IMG/VR virus record: IMGVR_UViG_3300036713_000486
Span: 1-51,276 of that record
Strand: one strand, 5' to 3'
DNA length: 51,276 bases
Source of the DNA: a virus
Lineage: Duplodnaviria; Caudoviricetes
Numbering within the stretch: the first letter of the stretch is position 1; the number at the start of each line of letters is the position of its first letter. Both the position numbers and the translations under genes were made by a program. Positions 29,509 through 38,276 of this stretch are shown in pieces. The notes under the pieces were generated by a model. It made no database searches. It saw nothing but the letters and a program-made list of their open reading frames with translations, and was not told where the DNA came from.

Positions 29509-29751
29509 ATGAACGCACACACAATCGCGGCATGGATGCTTGACCACCCTGAATTCTGCATCACCATTGGCCTTGCCCTGATCTATTTCGCTCGATCGAT
29601 TATGCCCCGGGTGCCCAATCCAGCATGGCCCCCATGGCTACTCGATATGTGGAAGCTGGAGCAGCGAATCCTCATGATGCCATGGGATAGATGGCTTGGA
29701 GGGCTAAGCCTCCCTGGCAGGATCGATCCCCCGTGGCGCGAGGTGGAATGA
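29509..29751 (+). CDS. Small membrane protein (holin-like)
   Basis: TM segment FCITIGLALIYF; RBS AGGAAAGGA. Confidence 0.5.
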   Translation: MNAHTIAAWMLDHPEFCITIGLALIYFARSIMPRVPNPAWPPWLLDMWKLEQRILMMPWDRWLGGLSLPGRIDPPWREVE

Positions 29752-30050
29752 TGGCGCAAGATGTTGTCGACACAGAACGATGCATGCTTCACGAGCGTGA
29801 GGCGGCACAGATCCGAGCTGTGGTACAGTCCATGCAGACTGACCTGTCAGATTTAAAAGACAGCCACGGTGGAAGCAAGGACGTGCTGCGCGACGTCCGA
29901 GACAGGCTAGTGACGGTCGAGGTGCGGCTGGATCATATCTCTGAAAATTTGACAAAGCACATGGATCGGGCGCAAGATCACGTATACAAATACGGGTGGC
30001 CCATCATTTTGGTTGGGTTCACTGCGGCGATCACACACTTTCTGAAGTGA
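29748..30050 (+). CDS. Coiled-coil protein with C-terminal TM (XhlA/holin-like)
   Basis: VRDRLVTVEVRLDHI followed by WPIILVGFTAAIT. Confidence 0.6.
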   Translation: MMAQDVVDTERCMLHEREAAQIRAVVQSMQTDLSDLKDSHGGSKDVLRDVRDRLVTVEVRLDHISENLTKHMDRAQDHVYKYGWPIILVGFTAAITHFLK

Positions 30051-30060
30051 AGGGCACAAA

Positions 30061-30504
30061 ATGAAGCTGCTGAAACGAATCATGACTCCGTCTGACCTGC
30101 GCGCATGTCTCGGCATGGTAGGGATCCTTAGCGCAATCGCGGCTGGCATGGGGTCTTACGGATGTGATCCATGTGAGCGCGCGTCTGTCGTGATCTCCCA
30201 AGGTGAGGACCTTCTTCCAGACGCGCAACTCAGGCTTACTCAAGCCGCCGCCATCATTGCGGCAATGCCAGCCAGCAAGGCCAAAGATCGAGCAATCGCA
30301 GCAATCGATGACGCGTCTGAGTCGCTCGAAGCTGCTCGGGAAACTCTCAAGCTTGCTCGGACGTCTTGCGCATCCCCGGATCTCGCATCAATCTTTGCCG
30401 CGTTCGCGAGGGCATGGGAGCTGCTCCGACCGTTCGTCGGAGGAACTGGAGCAGCTGTTGGCTACGTCCCAGATCCTGAAGCTTATTCGGTAGGTCGACA
30501 ATGA
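30061..30504 (+). CDS. Helical putative lipoprotein/membrane protein (spanin-like?)
   Basis: Hydrophobic segment ending SYGC, then Ala-rich helices. Confidence 0.5.
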   Translation: MKLLKRIMTPSDLRACLGMVGILSAIAAGMGSYGCDPCERASVVISQGEDLLPDAQLRLTQAAAIIAAMPASKAKDRAIAAIDDASESLEAARETLKLARTSCASPDLASIFAAFARAWELLRPFVGGTGAAVGYVPDPEAYSVGRQ

Positions 30505-31304
30505 CCACACGTGGGATGGGATGGGTGCCTGACGTGGCACATCGCGCTCCATACGGTGCTGCTGCAAAACCTGCCACAGACGGCGCTGATGTCAGCACCA
30601 GGCTCGAAGGGTACGTTCGGAGAGGTGGAGACCAGGAGCATACCAATTCGTGCGTGCATTGGGGGTATGCTGGTGGGCTCTGGGTGCTCAGCGGAGTGCT
30701 TGAACTTCCAGAAATATGGCCGTCAATCCTGACAGGATATTGGTCGACCAGGATGCTCACCGCTAGAGGTCGTCGTGATCATGTTGTCGACATGGGATGC
30801 CGCACTGCCGATGCTGCAGAGGTTTACCGCACACAGGGATTTGCCAGCGAAAAAAAATGGCCGTTCGTCGCTCGCAATGTCGACGTCGAACCACCGATCG
30901 GCGCATTTTTGACATGCATGTCTCAGGACTGGCTCAGGCCTCAGCGCGTGATCGGGTATGGCGAGGAGCATGCTCGGACAATTCGTGCAGCAATTGACGC
31001 GCAGCTTCCGTTTGCTCGCCCGATTTTGAGGGCAACGCGGGTCGACCAAGCTTACCTTGATTGGCGACCTGGATACATGCCGTGGTCGTTCTGCGGACCG
31101 TTGTTGGGGCGGCATCTAGAGCTCTGTGTCAGTTATGACCAGACTGGGATCCGTCGTGTGTCGTCGTGGGGAGATTCGTTCGACCGTGTTGAATCCTGGT
31201 CCAGTGTGATGAACGATTCCGATTCTGAGTCGTGGATCCTGGACGTTGATGCCCTCGAATTTGGTGGGCTCATGACGACGCTTGTGCTGAGAGGTGGCAG
31301 GTGA
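30501..31304 (+). CDS. Papain-like (C1) cysteine peptidase
   Basis: GMGWVPD, DQEHTNSC, GRH, SSWG. Confidence 0.75.
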   Translation: MTTRGMGWVPDVAHRAPYGAAAKPATDGADVSTRLEGYVRRGGDQEHTNSCVHWGYAGGLWVLSGVLELPEIWPSILTGYWSTRMLTARGRRDHVVDMGCRTADAAEVYRTQGFASEKKWPFVARNVDVEPPIGAFLTCMSQDWLRPQRVIGYGEEHARTIRAAIDAQLPFARPILRATRVDQAYLDWRPGYMPWSFCGPLLGRHLELCVSYDQTGIRRVSSWGDSFDRVESWSSVMNDSDSESWILDVDALEFGGLMTTLVLRGGR

Positions 31305-31618
31305 TGATGGATCGATACAGTCTCCGCTGGTGGGAGAACATGCTCTTCGGGTTCGCGCTTGGCTGCCTCACCTACTGGACGATCGGATGCGAAACGCCGC
31401 TCCCAGATCATCCTGAGGTGATGGATGCGTGCCCTGAGTCGCTTGTGGTGCTCGAGCGTTTTGGGTGTGAGGATGCTGTCCGGTCTGACTACATCGATGA
31501 ATGCGAGCACATCTCTAACTTGGGGTACATTTGGACCGATGACAAATCCGGTCCGCTGTGCGTAGCCAGAGCTAGGACCAAGGCCGAGGTTAGGGCTTGT
31601 AGCGTAATGTGTCCATAA
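31304..31618 (+). CDS. Cys-rich putative lipoprotein
   Basis: Hydrophobic stretch then IGC; six further Cys. Confidence 0.55.
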   Translation: MMDRYSLRWWENMLFGFALGCLTYWTIGCETPLPDHPEVMDACPESLVVLERFGCEDAVRSDYIDECEHISNLGYIWTDDKSGPLCVARARTKAEVRACSVMCP

Positions 31619-31624
31619 CAGGAG

Positions 31625-31768
31625 TTATATAATCCCAGATGTCATAAGCACATACCAGGCCCAACCTATTATCGCCACCACACCAATTGCCAGCAAAATC
31701 AAGCATGATAGAAAACCTAAGATCCAAAATGCCATCTGCGCACGCTCTAAGATTCTATCAGATTTCAC
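31625..31768 (-). CDS. 47-aa single-TM protein (not in ORF track)
   Basis: MKSDRILERAQMAFWILGFLSCLILLAIGVVAIIGWAWYVLMTSGII; GTGA overlap with upstream stop. Confidence 0.6.
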   Translation of the reverse strand: MKSDRILERAQMAFWILGFLSCLILLAIGVVAIIGWAWYVLMTSGII

Positions 31769-32454
31769 GTCGGGATCCATAAGTTACTCTCATTATGCGG
31801 GTTGTCACATGGCACCCCTAACTCAAAATCGTCTGGGACAACTGCGCTCTCAGTAAACGCTCCACTATTCACCATCTTACTTAGAGACACAAAACCTTGA
31901 AGTGGTCTACCTCTGATGTATTTGATATTCCTAGAAAAACCAATATCACACGGCTTTCGCTGACCGTACGGCTGTCCATAGTCTGCTGTGAACCACTTAT
32001 CCTCACTCTTCTTCTCAATCAAAACTGCCACATGATGAGGTGATGACACATGGATTATGTCTCCTAACATTGGGTTGACCCTGTGCCCCTTTGTGTAAAA
32101 CTTAGAGCCAACCAACCTTGATATATTAGGACCTGGCATCCAGTCCATAACGCCACCATCGTCTGTCCTATTTACAACAGACTCATCCCTGCATCCTAAC
32201 ATGGTTAGCAGCCAATGAGCCAAGTCTCCGCAAGATGAATATGGTTCCATATTCAAAGCCCATTTAGACCCATTCCTCACTGCCCACTCATACTCCTGCC
32301 TCCTACCCTCTGTGACCCATTCATGAATGGGATCTCCCACCCTTCTTCCATTCTCTCCATCAACAGCCAATGTAGCCAAAGAAACCGCTGCCGCTCGCAA
32401 CGTAGGCATGTGCACCACAGGTTCGCCAGGTTTCCACAAGTAAACACGCTTCAT
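31765..32454 (-). CDS. CHAP/NlpC-P60-like Cys-His hydrolase
   Basis: YSSCGDLAHW...GDIIHV..PHHVAV...TADYGQ. Confidence 0.6.
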   Translation of the reverse strand: MKRVYLWKPGEPVVHMPTLRAAAVSLATLAVDGENGRRVGDPIHEWVTEGRRQEYEWAVRNGSKWALNMEPYSSCGDLAHWLLTMLGCRDESVVNRTDDGGVMDWMPGPNISRLVGSKFYTKGHRVNPMLGDIIHVSSPHHVAVLIEKKSEDKWFTADYGQPYGQRKPCDIGFSRNIKYIRGRPLQGFVSLSKMVNSGAFTESAVVPDDFELGVPCDNPHNESNLWIPT

Positions 32455-33227
32455 GCCTCTACCTCCAAACGCTTCATTTTTGTGCGTAAAATAGATATTG
32501 CATCACTTAACAGTTGCCTAACTCTCTCCCCTGAGACATTCAACTCTTCACCAATTTGACCAAGTGTCATATCGTCACAGTATCTAAACACAACAATTCT
32601 CTTTAGTCTGCTAGGCAACTTGTGAACAAGTGACCACAGTACAGAATAAAGTTCAGCGTCCAAATAAACATCTTCTTGATTCGGTGCGTTATTAATTAAT
32701 GATGATTCAACATCTGCACATGCTTTGCCGTTTTTGTATCGATTGGCGCTTGTAGAACGTACTGGTTTATGCAGCAACTGTACCGCTTCCACTACCTCTA
32801 AAGGCTTACCTATTTCTTTGGAAGCTTCTAAAGCGTCTTCATTGTGTCTATTTAGAGCTTTCAAAATATTAGATGCCCACCCTTTATACATACCACCAGT
32901 TCCACTGCGCCCTTGAAACTTCTGCCTCTTTGCCTCCTTATCAATAGCCTGCTTCCACCAATTTCCTGCATACGTTATAAATTTAGTTTCAAAAGAACTG
33001 TCAAAAAGCACAACAGCTCTCATTAGACCAAGGATGCCAGCTTGAACAAGATCGTCTTGGTAGCAGTCCATGCCCACCCACTTCTTAGCATCTCTTTGTA
33101 TTAGCCTTACATATGCAGCTATAATCCTCTGCATAGCCACATTGTCCCCATTCTTTGCTAAAGTCAAAAGCTCCAGCTCTTCTTCTTTTTCTATTGCACC
33201 TTTTGCCTTTATAGTCAAACGTCTCAT
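32451..33227 (-). CDS. Sigma70-family RNA polymerase sigma factor
   Basis: Region 2 DDLVQAGILGLMRAV..FD....KFITYA; region 4 TLGQIGEELNVSGERVRQL. Confidence 0.92.
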   Translation of the reverse strand: MRRLTIKAKGAIEKEEELELLTLAKNGDNVAMQRIIAAYVRLIQRDAKKWVGMDCYQDDLVQAGILGLMRAVVLFDSSFETKFITYAGNWWKQAIDKEAKRQKFQGRSGTGGMYKGWASNILKALNRHNEDALEASKEIGKPLEVVEAVQLLHKPVRSTSANRYKNGKACADVESSLINNAPNQEDVYLDAELYSVLWSLVHKLPSRLKRIVVFRYCDDMTLGQIGEELNVSGERVRQLLSDAISILRTKMKRLEVEA

Positions 33228-33393
33228 GATGAGTTACCATCTTCCTTTATCTAAATTTTAACAAACTTAACATCTATCTAGACTTTATGACGTGTAGATC
33301 TAGAACCAGACGCATCGCAACCTGGCAAGTCGTCTGGATCTAGCTCAACAGTAAAGTCTGCCCAGCCGAATGCCCACTGTATTATCTTGATAA

Positions 33394-33750
33394 TCATGTA
33401 ACAACCTCAACCGTATCACGGTGGCTCTCAGCTTCCATGTGTTTACTAGGGTGCTTTCCTTCCACGAACTCGATCAAAGCTAGATTTGCCACATCAACCA
33501 GCAGATCCAGGTTCCCAGTTTCACTATACTTCTGGACTCTAGCTTTAATGGCGCCAACGCAATCGTATTTCGGTTTACCCTTTGCCCCTAGTCGCCCGTA
33601 TCTGTACGCACCCACAATCAATCGATTTCGCATGTACCGCTCAAACTCGTTCGACCATTCAGTGTTCTTCAAGACATCTACCTGAACAAACTCTGTTTCC
33701 TCTTTGTCTGGCATGCCGCACGACCACCGCCAAAGATGCATAGCGTCCAT
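33394..33750 (-). CDS. All-alpha NTP-pyrophosphatase-like protein (start ATG 33750)
   Basis: RBS GGAGGAG; TGNLDLLVDVANLALIEF resembles MazG-type helices. Confidence 0.45.
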   Translation of the reverse strand: MDAMHLWRWSCGMPDKEETEFVQVDVLKNTEWSNEFERYMRNRLIVGAYRYGRLGAKGKPKYDCVGAIKARVQKYSETGNLDLLVDVANLALIEFVEGKHPSKHMEAESHRDTVEVVT

Positions 33751-33751
33751 C

Positions 33752-33982
33752 CTACTCCTCCAAACTGGTAGGCTTCCAAACCATAGCAGGGAACCTGTTA
33801 GGAGGCGGAAGGCGTGGCTTCTGCACCGATGAAGATGGAGCATCGTGGAACTGTATGCGAACAGTCTTTGGAGGCTGCCCAAAGCCTTGATACTGATCTC
33901 CTGTTGGCTGCATCGAGACAGACTGTCTTCCATTTGTTGAAGCGCACGCAGTCAATAGTATTGCTAGAATTATTAGTTTCAT
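33752..33982 (-). CDS. Small lipoprotein
   Basis: Lipobox MKLIILAILLTAC. Confidence 0.65.
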   Translation of the reverse strand: MKLIILAILLTACASTNGRQSVSMQPTGDQYQGFGQPPKTVRIQFHDAPSSSVQKPRLPPPNRFPAMVWKPTSLEE

Positions 33983-34018
33983 TCTGGAACCTTCCTGTAG
34001 TCGAACCTAAGGCAGTAT

Positions 34019-34282
34019 TCAACCTCTAGGACAGTCTGCATCACATGGTCCGCGTTCATGTAGCCACTCTTGCCATGCAACAACCACATCAACCTCTAAT
34101 TTGTCTCTAACGATCCTTTCTTTAGAGGTAACCTTGTCAGCTTCTGCTTTTTTCAACGCATCCGTCTTTGCTGTTGAAGACGAATAAGCAATCGCCCATG
34201 CGACCCTATACGCTTCTCTGGCTTCGTTGTATTGCAAGCGCAGCTTTTTCCATTCGCTCAATGCCAAAAGTGGATCACTCAT
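34019..34282 (-). CDS. Hypothetical helical protein
   Basis: RBS GGAGGAG; overlap-coupled. Confidence 0.55.
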   Translation of the reverse strand: MSDPLLALSEWKKLRLQYNEAREAYRVAWAIAYSSSTAKTDALKKAEADKVTSKERIVRDKLEVDVVVAWQEWLHERGPCDADCPRG

Positions 34283-34752
34283 CCCTGACTCCTCCAATCC
34301 CAGACCTTGAACCCTGGAACCCCTTGATCATACACTGTGAGCATCAAATCTTTTGGGAACCCAATTTTGTGCCCAACAAATTTTATTCTCCCAAGTAGGG
34401 CTAGGACTTGCCCTTTCCCATGACAATAACTTGCAGCCCATTTGGCAGAAGTCAAGGGGGTCAGCATAATAATCCTACGATATGGGCTAACTGGAGTCTC
34501 CGCGCACTTCTTGGCAAATGGCCTTATGTTCCCGAACTCTGGGTTCAGCCAAAGGTTTCCCCTTAATTTGGACCAGTCGACCGAAAGGGAATCCTCATGT
34601 TTGGTGATGTAGTTTAGAGCTTTGGTGTTGTGTCGATCTGCTGCCAGATCCCACGATATACTCCCAAACCTTTTGATGACAGCCGCCATAAAAACTGGAG
34701 GCGTCTCCACCGATTGCTCTGACTTCCCAGGGCGCTGATTTGGTACAGTCAT
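34279..34752 (-). CDS. Phage Dam-like N6-adenine methyltransferase (motif NPEF)
   Basis: ETPP, WDLAA, DSLSVDW, WLNPEF, GRIKF. Confidence 0.8.
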   Translation of the reverse strand: MTVPNQRPGKSEQSVETPPVFMAAVIKRFGSISWDLAADRHNTKALNYITKHEDSLSVDWSKLRGNLWLNPEFGNIRPFAKKCAETPVSPYRRIIMLTPLTSAKWAASYCHGKGQVLALLGRIKFVGHKIGFPKDLMLTVYDQGVPGFKVWDWRSQG

Positions 34753-34796
34753 ACTTTTTTACCATGCAGAAACTGGCTTTTTAGGTTGAACCAACT

Positions 34797-35417
34797 TTAC
34801 CCATCCCACCCCTGTTTCTTCAGAAAATAACCAATATCAGGCGGTTGCCAATCGGCAGGCTTACAAAACTTGCCATCCTCATTAACTGCTCCACCGTGTA
34901 TCTTTTCCATATTTGTCCGATGCACTTCCGATGCGATCTTGGATCCATCAATACCAAAGGAAAGCCGACTCCCCTCCACTACATAGTCAATATCTGCCAA
35001 TGCGTCCGCAGCTTCTACCATGTCGATATCGATCGGCATGCATTTAACAACACCTAGCACCTCATCTTTCATTTGTCTTACATCATCTTTTATGCTAGAG
35101 CAAGCCTCAACAAACTCGAACACCTCCTCAATAACCAAAGCGCAACGCAACCTTCCTTCCTCATCGGTTATTGGTGGTAGATTAGGTATGATCCTAACCT
35201 TTTGATTTGTTGCAGTCATAAATTCTTCTACATTGTCACGTAGATTTTGCAACTCAACAAGCGCCGTTATTAAAGCTCTGTTCAAACCATGTAACTCTTT
35301 AATTGCTTTAAGCGCCTCACGTTTTTCATCGATCGCCTTGGCACAAGCCTCTTGCGCTCCCTTAAGGGTCCGCTTCATGGAAAGGTAATCTTCTTTGGTC
35401 ATCCACTTGTCGCACAT
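34797..35417 (-). CDS. MazG/PRA-PH-like NTP pyrophosphohydrolase
   Basis: LVIEEVFE, EAADALADIDYV, EVHRTNMEK, DGKFCKP..W.PPDI. Confidence 0.85.
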   Translation of the reverse strand: MCDKWMTKEDYLSMKRTLKGAQEACAKAIDEKREALKAIKELHGLNRALITALVELQNLRDNVEEFMTATNQKVRIIPNLPPITDEEGRLRCALVIEEVFEFVEACSSIKDDVRQMKDEVLGVVKCMPIDIDMVEAADALADIDYVVEGSRLSFGIDGSKIASEVHRTNMEKIHGGAVNEDGKFCKPADWQPPDIGYFLKKQGWDG

Positions 35418-35470
35418 TATGCCACCTCTACATTGTGTCAATTCCAGAATTGTAACAACGCAGTACTCAG

Positions 35471-37849
35471 TCAGCTCACCTCAATCTTGCCATCTTTCAC
35501 CCAAACGATTGCGTCCGCAAGATCACGCGCCTCTTGGTTGTGGGTAACAAAAAGCACATGACTTGCTTCCACCAACTCCGCCGCTCTGCGTAACATCGCT
35601 ACGTATGAAACTGCGGCATCTGGATCAAGTGCTGCTCCCGTTTCATCTCTAACAATCGTAGCACCCTTCACCCCAGCTCTACGTGTCGCCAGCATACTCA
35701 GTGCCAGACTTATCGCTTCTGACACTAGAACGCGCTCCCCCCCACTCAAAGACTCCGCTGAAGCATCCCGACCTCGCAAGGTGTCAATAACTCTCACATC
35801 GCACCCTTCTATAGTCTTCTTGCCGTCAGCGCTACTGCGCTGCGTCTCGATTGATACCGTCCACCTGGGGCCGAAGCACGTATGGAGCAGGTCGTTTGCC
35901 AACTCTGTCAGCTCTGTACCTGCTGCGTCCACCTCCAACGCCTGAATCCCATTACGTCCAAGATCTTGGGCCAAGCGCGTGTAGTTGGAGAAGTCTTCTT
36001 TCAACTCCTTTAGTGTACTACGAAGATTTGTGCGCCAGGAGTCCACCTCCTTCGCCTCTTGGAGCGACTTTTTTAGTAAGTCTGCGCGAGTCTTGTTTTC
36101 TATCAACTCCATCTCAACTTTTTTTAACTCAGCCCTAGCTTGTGGATCCGCTTTCGGCTCTTCACCTAACGACTGTAGATCTTTTGTGATACGTTCTATG
36201 TCATTTTCAATTGCACACTGATTCGAGCGAAGTTCCTCTGTCATCGCTTCCGCAGTCCTCAGATCCAACATCCTTTTTACCATTGGAGCGTATTTAGCTA
36301 CAACAGCCTCATTCTCTCTAATTTGATCACGCAAAATATTGCTCTCATTATCTAAACTTTGACATTTGTCCAACCACAAATCTCTCAAATCAAACAAACC
36401 TTCCTCATAGCATTTTGATGCATCCATTCGCGTATCTAACTCCACCAATCTCGCGCGGGCGCTAGTAATAACATCCATGCGCCCAGCTAACTGCCCACAT
36501 TCCGACGCGTGTTGTATAGATTTTTGGTATACATCCCTAGCCACATCCACCGCCTCCTCCAATACCTCAATCCTATCCGGCAAAAGGATTGCGTTAGCCT
36601 CTGCCTCTTGGTCATCAACTAAACAATCATCAGCAACTCCTACAGCTTGATCTAAAGACTCTGAGTCTATAACCCCCTTCAATCCATCACGTAAATCCAC
36701 AATTCTGTCAGACATGTTCGCATCAAACGACATTCGCATAACATCTAATCTTTTCACAAGATCAGACAGTGTCTTAAAGTTCTCCTCTACATTTACATTG
36801 AGTGACTCTAATTTGTTGACAGCAGACTCAATCGCAGGGGCTTTCTTCAATTGATATTGGGTCTCTTTTATATCAAACCGCAACGACTCGTTGCTTCTGC
36901 CTACCATCTCTAACTCTGAGCGAATAGAATTCATCTTTTCGTCAGCTACGCGCCTTTTCTTGTTTACCTCTGACTCTCTCTCTAAAAGAGATTTTAACTC
37001 TTTTTTTGCATTGCGTGTTACCTCGTCAGCTTTCCGAATCTTATCTGCAACAATAACAGCGCTATCTAGATCTGATATCTTATTTAGTATACGCTGTGAT
37101 TCTTGTTGAAGCATATTTCGCTTTTGGACCAGTTGGTCACGTTCTACCTCCCACAACTCAAGTAACTTCAAAGCGTTTACCTCACCCATCCAATCATTTG
37201 CCAAGTTATGCAAACGCACTATTTCTGCACTTACCAACTGGTATTCATGCTCCAACTTATCAGGCAACGGAACGTGCGCGGCACCCTCCAACCTCGCCTC
37301 CACCAATCCCTGTTCCTTCTTCAGTTCCTTGGCCTTAAAGCGCGCAGCTTCTGCGAGTCTTTCTAGTCGCTCAACCCCTAATGTCCGAAGCAGCACAGCC
37401 TTTCGGTCCCTTGTCTCCATATCTAAAAATCCACCATAACCCTGTGCTGCAAACGTGGATGAATAGAATACCTCAGGCGAGGGCATATACTCTTTTGCCC
37501 ATCTATCAAATGATCTAACCTTAGCGTCGTCGAGTACCGCTGTCCCGTCTACTACAACAATCGACTCACCCTTAGAAGATATAGAGTCCACTTTATGGGT
37601 AATGTCATAATATTTACCATTAGACATGCAAACCTGGACACATGAGTCTCGATCCGTCGCAAGGTCTGTAAGTTTGCCTCTAGTAGGAGTTGTTCGATAT
37701 AATCCTGCCGCCATAAGCTCCAACAGACAGCTCTTACCGCTACCATTGGAACCTGCAACCGCTACCACACGACCATCTATTACTGATAGATCAAGCGTAG
37801 CTTCCTTAAACGGTCCAATATTTCTAACTCTAACGACATCAAACCTCAT
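35471..37849 (-). CDS. sbcC: SbcC/Rad50-like SMC ATPase
   Basis: GSNGSGKS, Q-loop AAQG, long coiled coil, LSGGE, RDE, VTH. Confidence 0.92.
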   Translation of the reverse strand: MRFDVVRVRNIGPFKEATLDLSVIDGRVVAVAGSNGSGKSCLLELMAAGLYRTTPTRGKLTDLATDRDSCVQVCMSNGKYYDITHKVDSISSKGESIVVVDGTAVLDDAKVRSFDRWAKEYMPSPEVFYSSTFAAQGYGGFLDMETRDRKAVLLRTLGVERLERLAEAARFKAKELKKEQGLVEARLEGAAHVPLPDKLEHEYQLVSAEIVRLHNLANDWMGEVNALKLLELWEVERDQLVQKRNMLQQESQRILNKISDLDSAVIVADKIRKADEVTRNAKKELKSLLERESEVNKKRRVADEKMNSIRSELEMVGRSNESLRFDIKETQYQLKKAPAIESAVNKLESLNVNVEENFKTLSDLVKRLDVMRMSFDANMSDRIVDLRDGLKGVIDSESLDQAVGVADDCLVDDQEAEANAILLPDRIEVLEEAVDVARDVYQKSIQHASECGQLAGRMDVITSARARLVELDTRMDASKCYEEGLFDLRDLWLDKCQSLDNESNILRDQIRENEAVVAKYAPMVKRMLDLRTAEAMTEELRSNQCAIENDIERITKDLQSLGEEPKADPQARAELKKVEMELIENKTRADLLKKSLQEAKEVDSWRTNLRSTLKELKEDFSNYTRLAQDLGRNGIQALEVDAAGTELTELANDLLHTCFGPRWTVSIETQRSSADGKKTIEGCDVRVIDTLRGRDASAESLSGGERVLVSEAISLALSMLATRRAGVKGATIVRDETGAALDPDAAVSYVAMLRRAAELVEASHVLFVTHNQEARDLADAIVWVKDGKIEVS

Positions 37850-38070
37850 CTCCCAGCCTCCACTACACGCATCGTGTCACATGCTGGATCGTACTCAAGA
37901 ACAATAGTCTTCCTGCCTAAAAACCACCGTTCTAGATGTAGCTTCAACTCTCCCTTTATTAAAGTCCTTTCTTCCGCAGACGGCTTTCGTAGCACATCCA
38001 CAGCGTCATTCACAGCATCTTCTATCGCGTAAATGTCTTCCATTACTATTCGTATTGGTGCAATGTTCAT
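37846..38070 (-). CDS. Hypothetical protein
   Basis: Overlap-coupled between sbcD and sbcC. Confidence 0.55.
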   Translation of the reverse strand: MNIAPIRIVMEDIYAIEDAVNDAVDVLRKPSAEERTLIKGELKLHLERWFLGRKTIVLEYDPACDTMRVVEAGR

Positions 38071-38276
38071 TAAAAACTCACGTCAACAGGTTTATGTGGC
38101 TGTCCTGGTTCTGAAGGGTTTCCAGTCACGTACACGGTGGCGACTTCTCCATTAATGTCGACACGCGAATCACCTGATGGGCGTGCGTAACATATTGCGC
38201 TTTGCAAGCTTGCAGCTTCTTTCTTGTCCATAACGATACACAGATCCCCTTCATCTGTTCTAAACAGTCGCATCAC
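38070..38276 (-). CDS. Hypothetical protein
   Basis: Overlap-coupled to sbcD. Confidence 0.55.
   Translation of the reverse strand: MMRLFRTDEGDLCIVMDKKEAASLQSAICYARPSGDSRVDINGEVATVYVTGNPSEPGQPHKPVDVSF

Noticed and set aside
33751-33933. N-terminal extension of the 33394 ORF
   Set aside because: Overlaps the lipoprotein gene; a strong RBS supports the start at 33750
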